Source of the DNA: Actinomycetota bacterium
GTDB taxonomy: Bacteria; Actinomycetota; Actinomycetes; Nanopelagicales; Nanopelagicaceae
Direction of reading: 5' to 3'
Assembly (NCBI GenBank): GCA_009923805.1
Contig: RFSY01000001.1
Span: 1 to 36,064 of the forward strand
Length of the DNA: 36,064 nucleotides
Shown: one piece after another, positions 35,966 to 36,064 of the stretch
Layout of the letters: every line of letters starts with the position of its first letter
Position numbering within the stretch: the stretch's first letter is position 1
Program-made: the position numbers and the translations under genes
Notes under the pieces: model-generated
Database searches by the model: none
What the model was told of the DNA's origin: nothing
Seen by the model: only the letters and a program-made list of their open reading frames with translations

Positions 35966-36064
35966 CTGCCTCCGTTCTGGCCTATCTCGACGCCCAAAAA
36001 CGGTGGGGGCGGGTTGGGGCTGCTCAGGGAGGAACGGGGAAAAAAATGGCAGAAAGTGGTGAAA

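Noticed and set aside
1-36064. Prophage, integrase, transposase, tRNA/rRNA or anti-phage defence genes
   Set aside because: Nearly all sequence is accounted for by housekeeping or metabolic ORFs. I saw no such motifs, att-like repeats or obvious compositional break.

Overview
Gene-dense chromosomal segment, of roughly mid-range GC by eye, from a streamlined actinobacterium. Gene content, synteny and tiny or overlapping intergenic spaces suggest the freshwater acI lineage (Ca. Nanopelagicales, e.g. Planktophila); this is inference. Gene order: sepH, inositol monophosphatase, rplS-lepB-rnhB-dprA-era, uppP, DMT transporters, esterase, pfk, class II DAHP synthase, ogt, ltaE, nfo, PASTA kinase, a PnuC + P-loop kinase pair, a split carotenoid cluster (crtE-crtI-crtB and crtA-cruF-cruG-crtD-like) around metF, MIP channel-arsC, doxX, a LexA-controlled DUF6504-like/dnaE2/dinB cassette, and DUF3040 just before the expected mraZ/dcw cluster. 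I saw no mobile element, CRISPR array, tRNA or rRNA. The strongest novelty candidate is a variant TPP-riboswitch-like RNA upstream of pnuC and an uncharacterised kinase. It keeps the pyrimidine-sensing arm, but its pyrophosphate-binding loop has collapsed into a helix and P1 is missing, which suggests a thiamin or thiamin-precursor sensing and salvage module. Also notable: an ImuA/ImuB-less mutasome with adjacent PafBC-type and LexA sites, and several bidirectional leaderless promoters with overlapping -10 elements.
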